From positions 12,809,166-12,873,165 of the forward strand of contig CM082584.2 of NCBI GenBank assembly GCA_040954595.2: DNA of 64,000 bases. Reading direction: 5' to 3'. This document shows positions 29,301-46,043 of this stretch, piece after piece. Below the pieces are notes generated by a model. It was not told where the DNA came from. It made no database searches and was given only the letters and a program-made list of their open reading frames with translations. The stretch is from Balanoglossus misakiensis. Its lineage: Eukaryota; Animalia; Hemichordata. The position numbers were made by a program, and so were the translations under genes. Numbering within the stretch: position 1 is the first letter of the stretch; each line of letters begins with the position of its first letter.

Positions 29301-32300
29301 AAGGTCAGATTTCATTTGCCGTTTTATTTTATGTTGAACTTTTTATATTCAAGGTTAGTGGTGAGTAAAACGCAGTTTCCCGCTGTGATGAGCTAAGTAT
29401 GTGTTGACCCAGAATCACAGCAACGTCAGTTACATTTTTTTCCCACTCCTGTCACAGACATGTTTTCATTTCGACATAAATACTTCCATTGAAACATACA
29501 TTTTTGTGTTAACATGTGCTTTTGCTTTTGACTACCACCAGAAAACAACTCCGGAAACCAGTTGGTTTTAAGAGAACCTGTCACATTTGTGACAAATTTC
29601 TCATGAATCGGTACTTTCTGTTTTATGGCTTGGCAGAATGCATCTCAAGGTGTATACGAGAAACACAGTCTGAGAAAATCGCTCTGGCACCAACTTGTGA
29701 ATATCACAGTGCAATTCAAAATGTCATAAACCTCACGATTTACTCAGATCCAAACTGGTGAATAAGAGTTGCATACGGGTGTCAAGAGATTCTCCCCTTT
29801 TACCACCGTTTTGAAATTACCATTTTTCCCCTGGACAACATAGTGAGAATAGGTGTACAACATGTAGTCAACTGGTGTGAAAGCATTTTCAACATTTGTG
29901 TGTCAAAACTGTCCTTCATTCCCCAGACATCGTTAAAATCTTAGCAACTGTAAACGAATCTTGAACAAGAGCCTTCTTTACTGGAGTTTGTGAAAATGGT
30001 GTCTATCAAAAGAATGCTCATTTCTATTGTCGTTTTTTTCGCCATGAGGTGGGTTGATGGCAGTGTGAGTATATCAGATGCATAAGAAAGACAGAGAGAG
30101 AGATAAAGATCTACAGTCAAAATGGTAAAATAATGCCAAGCACAGTAGGGAGAATACACATTTATGTCAAGAATGAAATACACGTACATGTACATGTATG
30201 CAATTGACAAACCAGCATCCATGCAATATTTAAAATCTTAAAGTGGGTTTTTTATGGCGTGTTGACGTGTGTAAAAGTAACAAACAGACCAACTGGCCGC
30301 GCATTTACATCTTTGAAAAGCCAAAGCCAAAACACTATAGCTACTGCTATTGAAGACAATGAAAATAGCAGGCCCCTACAATACAGTCTTTTTTAATGCA
30401 CTTTAACTGACTACGCAGTATTAGTGTCTTGGACATGCCCCCAAGGAGTTGAAGCTAATACAAATACCCAACATGGCTTCCACGCATTTTGTCTTTAAAA
30501 TTTAACACCCCAGCTTTGATGGGGTCGTTTTGGCGAATTGAATTTTTTTATGCCGTTCGCGGATATGTTCAGATTATATGTGCGTCTGTTTGAAAGTGTA
30601 GCTTTGTGGCTGCAACGCTGGGGTCTGAGGACAAGATTTCTTTTTTCTCGCTCCCATTTTTGCCGGGGAGAGCTCTGGGCGATATATGCAACAGCTCAAC
30701 AATGTTCTTGCCAATGCATTGAAACTGATTCGACCATGTGTAAACAAATGGAGAAACCATATTCAGGCAGTGAATGGAGCCTATGAATACAAAGAGCCTG
30801 GTAATTGGAACCTGTGGAGCGCAAACAAGAAAAATAATCCAATGCAGGGACTAAGAAAAAAAAACTTCGAGTCATTCACTGGCTCTATGCTAATCAGGTT
30901 TTGTCATGCAGGCGGAAAAAAAGGGGGATTTTGCCGTGCCGTTGGCTCAACCCCGGCAGACACATCGGAGTGGTTCTTTGCAAGACTGGGAAAAAACAAA
31001 CTCATTCTGTGTGGTGGAAAGATTGGTAAATCTGTGTGCCAGGCAGTGTGGGGTTTCTGTTAATGGATTTCTGAGCATATCTAGTCTGGAAGGGTGGTTC
31101 TGATGAAGTCTGAAGAGAAGACTAATGTGTTATGTAATTGGGGAGCTGCTGGCTACAAAACAGAACACTGAAGTAAAGGAAGCCTTCAGTGTGACCACAT
31201 TCACAGTAACCAACAGAGAGAGGGCAACCAACGAAGGGAGGGAATTCATGAAATGATCAGACTCAGCAAAACCAAAATGAAACCAAGCGATTGCCACACA
31301 CGGCAGTATACGAGGCACTCGCATACTAATATCACTAGTCAGCTCAGCTGTGTGTGCTTATCAGTGTTCAAGGCAAGCCTGGAATGAAATGCTCATGAAA
31401 TTAATGAATTGAGTTGCAATGTGCACTGCTTAGTGCTATACAAAGAAAACCTTTGCCCTGGAAAGAGGAACACAAGATTTCTCTGAAGTGAGAAAAAAGG
31501 GGGCTCTGTTCATACATACTGATCTGAATTGATTTCGCCCTTGGAGTGTCTTACTGCAATTTTTTTCAGATACAGAAAATTTAAATTTACACAGAGGAAT
31601 TACTGAGAGTAGCATTGTGATGCTAACAGCTTCCGTTTGTTTTCTTGCCCTTGTCATTGGTGCCCCTGGGGGCTGGGGTTGATACCCCCTAGGGGCTGGG
31701 GGAGTGCTTGGTTCTCTGCATTCATCCAGTGTGTGTGACGGTGCAATTTTATTGGATGTAGCACTGATGTTTTGAACTCACTGATATCGAATCTGCTGGC
31801 ACGATCTTGTGTACGGTACTATTGGTACATAACGCTCTGTGCACAATGCATGCTGGGAACTCAGATATCCTATATGTACTAATTACATACATATTCCTAC
31901 ACTTTTTTCAAGGTAATAACAGTGACAATTACTCAAGAATGGATATCATTTATAGGAGCCTTGGAATATTTTTTCCTTCCACTAATAAAATTTTCCTCCA
32001 TATAGAACGAAGCCCGGAAATTAAGCTCTGACACAGCATTAGCATTTTACCCCATGAAACTTACAACTGATGTTGGGTTTCGGGGTGCATGCAAATTTCA
32101 GACTGAGAAATTCAATCAACTTTACAATACATGTATACTTCCATTTTGAGTTAGATTTCAAAGCACAGCCATACTTGTTTGTCCCAACATGTATTTAATA
32201 AAATTCAAATAACTGGATATATAGCTGAGGATTAGTACATTTAAAGTCTGTACAAGAGAGATTACGTGGCTCACAAAGAACATACTACGTCCAAAACGTG

Positions 32301-35300
32301 CACATGTATAACTGTGTCAGATCAAACTAATATAAGCCCTGGTTTAATATTCTTTAAACTCGGCCCCGGTATAAATAATATTTCAGATGATATATACACT
32401 GGTGCCCCACTGTGTACAATGATAAGAAGAACGCTGGGACAATGTTCAAGGCAGTTTATTTTACAACCATCGACAGGAATGAGTGAAGCCCCCTGATACG
32501 GTGTAATATTTATAACACGAAGAATTCCATCCTTGCACAATGGGAGCTGAGATCATAGAAACACTCTCAGGTTTATGTGGGTCAAGTATTCTTGGAATAC
32601 AAACATTTCCGCTCACTGTGCAGCCTGTCAGCGATTGCCGACCTCTCTCAAAAATCCAAAATGCTTCTACGTGTAATCCAAACTCAAGTTTGCGCCACTA
32701 TTAGTAAGCCTGTAATTGTTAGACTGGTTTGTTGGCCTGGACAAATTCCCTGCCATCTCAAATATCAAAACACTCCCAGTTACCAAAGATCCAGGCAAGC
32801 TTGATTTCACATTACATACACCAGATGTGCAGGGAATTAACAAAGGCCACAGACATCAAACCCCCTTTTTCTGTTTGGACAATAAATTGCCTTAATTATA
32901 ATTCCATTTTCATCAACATGCCTGCCTCAAAATCTGCTCTATCACATCTCAATGGTTTTCCGTTGTACTGATTGGAAGGTCAACATTTTTTAAGGTCACC
33001 TTCACATCATGACCTCAAATCAGGACTGCAGTGGCATCGTATTAATATTTTATGATCACAAAATAAGTCTTTCTGTTTAATGGACATATATAAGAAACAT
33101 AATTTTGGTATGAATATAATCTTACCTTACATATTAAATTCAATGTCTGAGTTTTGATCTCTTGCACATGCTTGCTTGGATAAAATGAAATTGTATTTTT
33201 AATCTCCTCTCCTTTTCTGTTGCCAGGTGGCAATGTTTAATCAGAGTTATCAAATTATCTGTAATTATACAGTATAGCCCCCCCCCCCCCCAAGAAAGGT
33301 TCATTACCAAAGGAAGCGTAATTTTCCCTCCAACACAAGGTTTTATACCAAACAGATGAGGAACTGTGAGTGAATTAGACTGACAGAGCAAACCAGGACA
33401 TAATTTCCTCAGGAGATGCTGATAAAACTATTGTCAATTGTCACCTGCCGAATTCTGCGAATTAACCCTTGGCATCTATTGCCAAATTTGCACTTTGATA
33501 AACTGATGATTTTGTTACAATTTAACAGGCAATCACATTTCAACGACACTGCATGTCATGATTTTTTTCAAACACATGCCCAGCATATGTGTACATTTAC
33601 AGGTTTCTGCGAATTATCAAGACTTATAACTATAATACAAATATGAACCCACAAGTACCATTTGAGAACATGTGGTGTATTTTTTTACCTCTCAAGAAAT
33701 GTAAATTTACATAAGAATGTTAGTGGCTATGATAAAACCAATCTGCTTATTTCGGTAACCCCTCTATGGACAAATACTTACAGGCAACCTTATCAACATT
33801 GCCCACTCACAGTGGCTCCTATCTCTGCATGCTAGCTGTGATGGGGGTCAAAGGTCAATCCGCTGGGAAAACTTATATTTCAGATTGGGTTCAAGAGGGC
33901 AATAGATGGGATGTTTCATGTCATCAGATCACGGAACCACAAAGAGAAGTACGTTTACACAAACTCATTTTATATGCACAATGGTACAATATCTAGGCTT
34001 CTGGAAATCACTTCTGAATCGTATATACAAGAAACAATTTTCTCAGTAATCATATTCTCATATCAACGCCCACGACGCAATAAAAAAGTCTTCAAAAGGC
34101 TGGCTAACCTTTAAAATTTACAGTATTAATTATCACACATCACCCCCTAAGAGGATACTGCTTGATAAATAGGGATGAAGGATTGTGTGGGCCGAGAATA
34201 ACCAATTATGGGAGGAATGGACTGTCGTAGCTCCTGTATGTGAAAATGAATGTTAATATTTTCTGAGTTTTATTCATCTTTGGATGTTAATCTAATTTTA
34301 TTCATTCTGACAAGTCATCACTACATGGGAATACTACCGTACCATACAACTGTTTCACTCGAATTTGACTTGAGACCAATTTAATCAATTCATGAATTTG
34401 ATAATACCCTGTTGACCCATTAAAGCTATATTCACGTTCATTTGTAAGTCAAAGTGTACTGAACTACTGCCTTGAACACGCCACCCTCTTCAGTTTAACC
34501 CAGTAATTAAATCTGTCGTAGGGTTATTTCACTGGCATCAAACTGTGTTAGTGTTACTCTGTGTGTGTGTGGTTGTCTGTGTGTAGGGGTCTGTATCACA
34601 TCACACCTTCATCATTACCTGTACCTGTGCATATGTCTGTCTGTGTAATTTAGAAAATTTAGACATTTTAAACATATGATGATTATGAAACTCCAGATAA
34701 CAAACCAATCACCATATTTTGAATTTGACTGAACACAACAACCAATGTGCTGTATGCGTACAGCTTCCCTCCCTCCTTCCCACCTCAGGCTGTTCCACAA
34801 AATCTTGCTTCTCCACCGAGCTGTGAATTACGGAAAAAACTGTACGTGACAGCCTCCAAACAGCACAGACGCACAGTGACACTGTTTACGTGTGCAGAAG
34901 CCTGGGAACATTTCTACCCTCAAGGAGGACAGACTGCGATTTCACTGGTGCATTGCGAAGTCACTGATTTGAAAATAATTTCATAATAGATTGCTGCAAC
35001 CCGTAGTTCTTGCAGTTCCCATGGCAACCTCCGGTCCTCTCTGCATATGGAATCTTGTAAAGACATCACGGCATTGTGTGTAGTGCAAATAGCCCAGGCA
35101 GATTTGTGTGGCTTCGTTTCTTCATGCTTGAAATTATCTACCCTCTCTATGATCTAAGGATGAAATTTTAATCCTGTACATCGTGAAATAAAATTTCTCA
35201 CATAATAACAGGAAATGCACTACATTTTTTGTGATTTCAAAAACGATGATAATTATCATTTTTATGATTCGGTAGAAGCAAACATGAATGCAAAGCTGGT

Positions 35301-37204
35301 GGGTGTATTCAGTCATATATCTGTGGAGCAGGGAGTAAGGTGACTGCAAAGCCTGTCTTGCCAAAGACCTTTGTACAACAGAGAGAAAAAAATCAACCCA
35401 AGTATAGTGTCGGAAATTCAAAGAACTAGGACAGAGCCATTGTTAGAAGCACTGGATGAATTTCAAATCAGTCTGTAAAGGTCACCATTTCTATGGAGCT
35501 GCGATGGAGATCATTCACAATGGCAAACACACAGCACACAGGCTTTGAAATATCTACTACTGTGTGTGTTGTTTCTTTTCTCCTCTGTAAGTAAAAATCC
35601 ATGAAAAATCGACAAAGATAGCTAGTGTCTCTGTCTGTCTGTCTCTCCCCATTCTTTTCCTCGTCCTTTGCTCTCTGATATTTTTTGACTATTTGATACT
35701 GCACATAATTGGAAACAGAGGCTACCTGAATGATTACTTTATAAGTTCAGCTTCATCTTTAAATTCATAATGTAGAGATATAATACGTCATGCAAAAAGA
35801 TTGGCATGATAAATGTAAGTGTATTCTTTGTGAGATGAAAGCAGTGTTACTGGACGAGTAGCGGGCACAATATGAAAAGACGGTGACCTCGCTACACTCC
35901 AAGCTGCAATCCAATATCTGTGAATGTAAAACTGATCAAGGGTGTGAATTCAAACGTTGCCATGATGTTATAATTTTTGGAAACAATATCTATTGTATAG
36001 TAAAGAGGTGTGAGATTTGTAAATGGCTCTGAGAATATGATTTGCCATGGTAACAGTGTCACAGCTATGTGTCAAATAAGAGTACTGAATGTATGGGTTC
36101 ATTGTTGGAAAACAAAAAACGTGAAACACACACGATTTTCCCTGAGCATATTACAGACATGGAGTACATCTATAAAGTAAACCTATATACATGTATAATG
36201 GTCACCATTGTGGATCACATATACACCTATTAAAATTGAAGACAAACGTGTGTTATCTAGACTACCATAAACTGTGCCAAAGGTTTCTAGTTATACCTTT
36301 GATCTCTGGAATCTAAACCATTGAAATGGATAGATACACATGAAATTCACGTGTATCTATCCATTTCAATGATCATGATATTACTTTGATTTTATAAAGT
36401 TAAGAAAAGGATACACGTCTTTCTAAATACATTGAAAAAATACATTTCAAAAGGCTGTGTTCAAGAGTTAAGGGCACACACCATCCAAGGCCTGTCATAG
36501 TCAGTGCATTATCAATTGTAATCGTGTACCCACTGTTTTGTGCACTGTACAAACTACAATCTCAGAAATCTTGCGGATAAGCATCACTGGGAAAGACACA
36601 CTTACAAGTAAAGATGTTTTCCTTCACACAGAATATGTAACTGCAGTGAATAAATGTGGTCAAAACTCGGTGACACTGCCCTGCCTGCCTGCTGCTCCAG
36701 GTCGAGTTAGTTGAAAACAAACATGGCTCACACTGAGACTACAAATGCTAAACACGCATAGTGTAGTCGTCTTCGCAATCACACACGCTTGTTCACAGAA
36801 ATCACACTGGGGTTAAAACGCATGAATGATGTTTGTTTCAAATGTATATTTACCTGCATTGCCCTGTAACCCATTTCACGATCAGCAAGATCCCGCATTT
36901 TCCCGGCTAAAATCGAGGCATCTCGCATAATAGTCTGTGCATTTTCTGGTCGTTCTTGCTCGTACATATCCAAGAACATTTGAGGTTGGCTTTCCGAGTT
37001 CGAATAGCCGTTCGACACAAGCTCTTGCAAAAGTTCTGGGTTGTTAAAATTTATCATTCCCGTCTGTCCGTTTTTCAGACGATTCGCTCTCCTTCCGTGG
37101 TGTTCTCTCCGAGACACAGATCCTTCGTTATTCGAATCTGTTCCATGCAATCGTGAAATTAGCGATGCACAAACAACAAATAAAATGTAACGAGCGGCCG
37201 CCAT
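20374..37204 (-). CDS. CACHD1: VWFA and Cache domain-containing protein 1 (alpha2delta-like calcium-channel modulator), about 25 coding exons
   Basis: Exon 1 37204-36854 (signal peptide [21 protein letters not shown]), ~9.4 kb intron 1, then 27484-27273, 27087-26981, ~26795-26648 ([11 protein letters not shown]), ~26398-26254 ([18 protein letters not shown]) and Cache-domain exons down to ~21.2 kb. TM exon ~21069-20839 ([25 protein letters not shown]); last exon ~20654-20374 ([14 protein letters not shown]...[14 protein letters not shown]). These motifs match vertebrate CACHD1 as I recall it. Candidate polyA signal (reverse strand) at 18508-18513. Confidence 0.97.
27169..27260. mobile_element. 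short non-autonomous piggyBac-like element (MITE) in CACHD1 intron 2
   Basis: Ends TTAGCCCTTTCACC ... GGTGACAGGGTTAA are imperfect terminal inverted repeats with the TTAA|CCCT...AGGG|TTAA signature (left TTAA mutated to TTAG). Confidence 0.5.
36319..36371. repeat. 53-nt near-perfect palindrome
   Basis: CATTGAAATGGATAGATACAC / GTGTATCTATCCATTTCAATG are perfect 21-bp arms; the centre ATGAAATTCAC is partly self-complementary. Confidence 0.9.
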
Positions 37205-37881
37205 TTTCACACTAGATGGCGACTCCACCAAAGCAGTATACTCAAAGACGGTGCCGCCGCAGATCAAGTCAGTCGCTTAAATTCCACTTACAAACGACCC
37301 ACTTCTCCCCGCTGTGGACTTTCGTAAGACAGTTTTCCACAAACATAGATACCTACATCGTTCACAGAATATACCGGAAAGGCATCCCACTTGTGGGTAG
37401 AGTCGTTTCAGGCGTATTTCAGCCGCATTTGAGGTCGGCGATGGATCCGTTCGTTCGCTCTGTCACAACAAAGTGTGTGAATGTTTGCGGTAATGGGTCT
37501 GAAGTGAGTGCTGTAATAGCAGTACCACAGTACGTTATGCCCAAGGGTTATTTTTCACTCAGAAAAATGCGACACTGTCCACATTGTCTATACAAAATGA
37601 TTAAATATTTAGAAATCACTTGATTTTAGAAGTTTTATATCCAGAACTCCACAAATTATTGAAGTAGAATTTGCTGCAAAATATAACACACATTGTTCAT
37701 GTACTAATCGCTTATTCTCCTCAAAAATATCTTCTCAGTCTGCAATTTCTTGCCGCATAATACTTGTTTTTAATTTTTGAAAATCATAAGAGCTTAAGAA
37801 TATTTTATTTTTAATATTCTGGCAAAGTTGGTGTGTGACGAACAGACAGTCTACAAATGTCCGGACGACCAGGGTTTCAAA
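37205..37881. promoter_or_regulatory. putative bidirectional promoter of CACHD1 and FDX2
   Basis: Divergent start codons 677 bp apart, CpG-rich flanks; both ATGs sit in an AAAATGGCG (YY1-like/Kozak) context. Confidence 0.7.
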
Positions 37882-40025
<2,144 letters not shown>

Positions 40026-43000
40026 TCTGGATACTGTGGTGGCAATTTTTACTTTCAAGAGGCATTTTATTCATTATAGACATTATGACAACTCTTGTAC
40101 AGCATCAAGTGTGATACACTGGTATAATGTGTGTATTAAGTTATTTGCCAAGTTGTGTGACAGAATCAGTCATGTACAAATGCTATTTATCATTTGCAAA
40201 CAGATGACATACATGTATATAATATAGGCAATTCGTGTAGCAAAACATCAAATTTTCATAACTTCTAGAAATAAAGGTTTTGAAAATGTATTTGATATCT
40301 CTGTGTTTAAATTTTGTAAGCAGCGTGCCAGATATATTTTTTCTGAGAAGGAGAAAAATTCCACAGAATTGCAGCTCTGTGGTTCTAAATCATTCAGTTT
40401 CGCATTTATTCTCTACACTTCACACATAATCCGATTGCGTGTTGCCAAGCAGCTTTGAGACAGTGCAGTTACGTTATCGTGTTCACCTGGGTATTGAGCG
40501 GCGCCATGCTTAACGGCTTTCCCTTCAGTAAACGATAACCAAGGGTGTCGGTGACCCTTCAAACGATCCATCATTCCGTGGAGACATCAAACACAGCTTG
40601 GGATGTGGATATGGCGGGCGTTGTTGTACATCTATACAAGCGCGTCACATCGATTTGAGACGGTGTTATAGTGTGAGGTAAAAACGCCTTCCTTCCAAGA
40701 ACAAATCAATCGGACAGAGCATGTGATAAAACGCAACAGAAAAGAAAGAAAACTGCCGACACAGCACCTCCCCCGTATTTTCGATCACATCATATAAAAT
40801 ATGTACACCATACCAATATAAATTGAATACCACCATTAGATTGACATAAAGACAGGCCTCGCAGGCGTGACTGGTACAAACAGCAGGGCCCGCTTTCCAA
40901 TTTAATAACGATCCTGCAACAGTAACACCATGCATCATTTATACAAAGAATAATTAGGATCCCACAAATCGCCGGGATGAACGCTAGAAGGGATTTTTCA
41001 AGTTATTTCGAGATTACGATCATCAACATTTCCGTGCGCAGAATCGCGAAATCGGACGATGATTGCTTTTAAATATCCGATGATGTGATACGGACCAAAC
41101 ACTGGATGAGACTAATTCACCGTATCGCACACGACATCAGGACAGACGACAGCCATCATGTCAAATATGCTGTAAGCTATCAAATACAATACCAACAGGG
41201 AAAAATAAATTGAAAATTCAATATAGACTCGTAATATATAACTCGAACTCATGCTGATTCTTGGATGGAAAAATACGGAGGTATATCCACCGCCCTAGTT
41301 CACAATGTTTGAACAAAGAACACATCACAGTGAACTACTGTGATGTGTTCTTTGTAAGATGGATTGCGTACCCTGGCCTAGTTCGACAAGCAAATGAGTT
41401 TGAAGTGAGACGCATCAACATCAGTGATAAATTGGATGCTTGGAAAAGTATTATATAGATTTCTAAAGTTATTACTTTTACAGAACAAAGCGTCTCAGAC
41501 ATCCTTCACCTGCTCTGTGTACTTTTGCCAGTGGGTGACACTTCCTTGTTGCTTATCGAGACTGAATAAAATGATCGGAAAAGCTGGCTATACTAGACGC
41601 ACACATGATGTGTATGTCATGTCTCCCGGGGAAGGGGGCCTTCTCGAGTCTGATCGGGGTGTCCGTTGATGTGAAGAGACGGGAACACGGTGACTTTATT
41701 TGGAAAGGACCATCCATGGGACATGACGCTACAGGTGTCGTCGTTTGGCCAAAATTTGATGGGGTCTGCGAATAATTGTCATTCCTCATCGAAACCAGTG
41801 ACAAAGGTCAGGTGAATCATGACGCACAAAGTAGGAGAAAATGCGACAGTATACTTTAATAATGGAGAAAAAATGCCGAGGACGTATTATTAGTTTAATC
41901 ACGGGACTATAAATTACTTTTGTTGTACGCGGTATTTTAACGTCGACGGTATGAAATGCGCACCACAGGGAAATATGATTAACAGATGCGTCGATTTGCA
42001 ATTACCGTCCTTTTTGCAATTTCCAAGATAATGATGAGTTGTGCCTCGTATATACGACAGAGCATGAGAGGAATGCTTGTCATCACCAAGCGATGCAAAG
42101 CGAAACGCCTAGGCAACTAGAAGCGCCACCTGTTGGCGTGTTGACGCCCATAGGCCATAACGTTTTAACTTGCTCCCAGCATATACTCCTCCTTTTCTCT
42201 GCAGTGTCAATGGGTGGCTGGGTATATGATGTCATGTGTGAAATTCACTGAAGACAGATAAAATTTGTTCATGCATTCATGTCAGATCCTGAAGCTTAGT
42301 ACATTAAAATAAGGTCGCAATGACTTGACATCCATTAATAAACAGCCAGCACTGCACTGACCCGTTGCTTTGCATTTCTGATGCAACATGGGCTGTCAGC
42401 CTTCAGGGAATACTTTTCTACGAATCGTATGCTTGAAGAACATTCAACATTGCTGATAAAGATTTGCATTCGACCGTTGCCAAGGGAGATTCGCGTATAC
42501 GGTTGAAGAAACTCTTAATGTTGTCATCATACGGTGGCATGAAAATACGTTTAATATAACATTCTTGGCTTTCTGGTTTCTCATCCTGTATAACATCAAT
42601 GATATTTCTACTCCCCATGTACACCTGGGAATGTGTTATTCGCCTATCGTACGCATCACATGACCCCATTTCAACTGACTGACTTTTCACTCGCGGTAAA
42701 ATGAAATGAAATATTCATCACCACGTCGCCAAAGATCAACAGGGTTATTCAAGACTGTTCAAATGGGGCTAAGAATTCTTGTTTTGTTCGAACGCCGCCA
42801 TTGCACCGAGCGACATGCCGAGACTGGAGATAGACGTTATTGTCCAAGCTGTCATTCCTTGTGCCGACAGTGAAGCAATGTTATCGCGTATCCGTGCCCA
42901 TGGAAACGCCTTAAAGAGCCAGCGTGTCGGAAAAGGGAAGAAAAGAAAACCAACCAGATTAAATTTGCCTCCGGATGGGAGTACGTATACGTGTTGTGCG

Positions 43001-43361
43001 TTTGCTACGTGGATTGACTTCAAAAACCATACAAGAAAACGCCTGAATCGCTAGAATCAATTCACCTCACCCTGGTGCATTTGCAACAAAAGTAGATTGA
43101 ATGATAAAGACTCCCATGTTTTGCACTCAACCTTTCCAAAACTGCGATAGCATAACAATGGTCAATACTTTGTATTTTAAACATATTCTTTTCGTTCTTG
43201 CATATTCGGTAATGTGGGAGCTAAATATGCTATACGTGTAATAGGATGCCGAAAATTGTTCCTGCTTATTACGATGTTTCTGCTTATTATAGCTTTTCTT
43301 TTTTGGCTCATATATCCCATGAATCGACAGGTAAATGTGCTCAAGGCACTTCACAATTATA

Positions 43362-43530
43362 ACTCCTGGTCACTGGACCTAATTTAATTCCACTCAACTC
43401 CCTGGGGAGCAAACAGCAGCTCGCGTGAGTACGCAGCCGTAATCAGTGCAGCTAAGATAAACGCATTTCAATCTCATTACAATATCTGTCCTACCAGGCA
43501 CCATTTACTCCTGAGTTTGGGAGATGGACC
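43362..43530 (-). mobile_element. possible decayed SINE fragment
   Basis: Segments CCTGGTCACTGGA..CCACTCAACTCCCTGGGGAGCA and CCTACCAGGCACCATTTACTCCTGAG resemble, from memory, the antisense of tRNA-derived SINEs of marine invertebrates; no database check done. Confidence 0.35.
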
Positions 43531-46043
43531 GGACAACCTACATATACCCTGGTTAAAGAATCCCAAGATGCAACAACACGCATGTTATCCTATGACGTAG
43601 ACAAATGATGTTGCTTCAGTGGACACGTGATTTCGCGTCAGCATATACGTGGTCTTGTGTGTTAATGGGGAACTAGTCATCTTGAAAGCATTGGTGAGTT
43701 TAGTGCGCCGGAAGTTCCTAACAAAGTCGGAGTGGCAGACCTAAAATGAGCAAACAAAGCGAGACGTGACACGAATACAGGGACCCTTGCTGTAGTACAA
43801 TGCTGTCAGTTAACGCTGCGAGCGTGCCAGGTGTATGCACACATCACGATCTTTTTGTTATGCAAACATTTGACGGGTTGGATGTGTTCGCTTCCAACAC
43901 GTATTGTTCGCTGTGTAGAGACGGTTCAATGAACAGACCAGACAAGACAAGACCAACAGCTAAACTTAAAAACCAAGTTTTATTGAGACAAAATTATTTT
44001 TATTTAAAAAATCGATATTGTTTTTAACCCATTGAATGTGATATAATACAGCAAACATGGCATTGCTATATCATTTACCCTTAAACCTGATACTACAATA
44101 AACAAACAAATAAACACTGGCACCAGTTTTAAACACCTTGGACCAAATCTATACATGAACAATAACTAGCATTTACTACAGCCAACCCGATGAACAATTA
44201 CATGTTGTATTTATAAAAAGGAGAGTTAAATGTTCCCTAAAACTAGACCTTTCCTGCCCCTGTACTTCCATATTCCCCACTACTTGTACGTCTTCGATAT
44301 AACAATAGAAAGCGACTGTTTAAAGATAAAAATGTTTTCAAAGCAGCATAAGTATAAGGTGATTGTCCATGGAAGTGCTAGATTAATCTGAGTTCCAGTT
44401 TGTTGTCAGTCAAAGTTGCAATCAAAGATAATATATACAATTGCGTGAAAGAGACAATATTGAAACCAAACTTCAACCCATAGTAATTAAGTTTTCAAGA
44501 AATTATTGTTTAGAGAAAGAACTTATTAATGTAAATCATTGGACAATGGGTTGAGATACAGCATATGTTGGTACACACCTCGCCATAAAATGACACGTTA
44601 CTTGTAAGTTATGTACAATGATCGTTTTCCGAGAAAATTTACTTAGAAAAGATTAATGTGATCGCTTAAGCAATTTCTAAGGATATTCGTGATAGTTTTA
44701 AAGTCATGGAGGAAACCTTCTAACATAAACAAGTAAACAAGTATCCTAGTGATTCGTTGCCAATCAAATTACTTTTAGGCCTATATATCCTCATCCCATT
44801 CCCTTAGGCAATTTATTCAAACTAATCCATAAACTAGAGCGATCATTCAAGGTTTATCAACTGATAAGCAATAGGGCGCATATATCTTCATCATATTTTC
44901 CCACAGGAAATACAAACGTCACTGAAGTGGAATTAAAGGCGTGAACTCGATTCGGGGACATCTATAACAAGGGGCCCACCGGAATTGCGATCGATAACAG
45001 AATTTACGCCTTTGTGACGTTAATTAAACAAGTCCAGCGACGCTGTGACGTCGACGGAAGATTTTCGGTAAACTAATTATCGGGTGCAATAACACATACT
45101 TTAGTAGCTCGTGAATTGTTTAATCGAACTTATGGTTGCATGTCTGAACGCGAGTTGTTTCGAACTTGCTCAGGGAATACGTCATCGTAATATTCGTGCT
45201 ATGTGCATTGAACTTAAGCGTGTCATTCACGTCAACAGTGAAAAAGGGTCGTAAAGCTTTGGAAAGTGTTGATGAATTGACGAACTGCATTTTAAATCTC
45301 ATTTTAAAGACATTTTATGACACCTATTAGGCCCATCGGCACTGGGTGACTCATTCTGCTCATTCTTCCTGTTCGGTCTGTCGTCATCGCGACACTAAGA
45401 TTCGATTTGGTCGGGCAGGCCTGGTTTGCGATCTAATAACTTTGCAATGAAAACCAATACACTATACACTGATTTATGATCGTAGGGTCCGGTGGTTCCA
45501 GCTTCTTTTCCTGATTCGAACTGTCAGATTCCATGTACTCGTCCAGGTGCCAAAGATACCGGATGTGACGTAATTCCTGTCATCATGCCTTTCTCTGCTG
45601 GGGCATTATGGTGACGAATGCAGACTCTGTACAGCGTTTGCCCCAGGTAGAGTGAGTGTATTGGGGCATATCCTTCTACTTTTGTCCTGGCCCTATCTGC
45701 CCATGAAACTGTTCTTTGAATCCACAACAGCAGCTGGCCAATTTGCAGGGGTACACCACAAAAAAGATACCACACCCGCTGCCGATACACAGAAGACTTA
45801 ATATTAAAATTTTACCAATGAAATCACCAAATAGTTTATTCATATCAAATACTTCATCCATATCGAATCGAGTAATTAATCTTCGGTTATTTCCTGTCAC
45901 ATAGGGTTTGTCAACCGTGAGTCAGCATCTCCCTTGAGTTATATTTTCCGGTAGATTCATTAGCAAAGAAGTGCGGAAATTACTGTGAATTATGCCAACA
46001 TGTTGATATGACAGGTGCCTTTTGCGCATCACTCTTGGGGGTG

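Noticed and set aside
30538-31330. Cluster of ORFs in CACHD1 intron 1 (nested gene or retroelement?)
   Set aside because: No domain motifs, consistent exon chain or RT/transposase signature could be identified.
42418-43054. ORFs of about 90 aa between FDX2 and the orphan gene
   Set aside because: Non-ATG starts, no recognisable homology and no splice-consistent structure.
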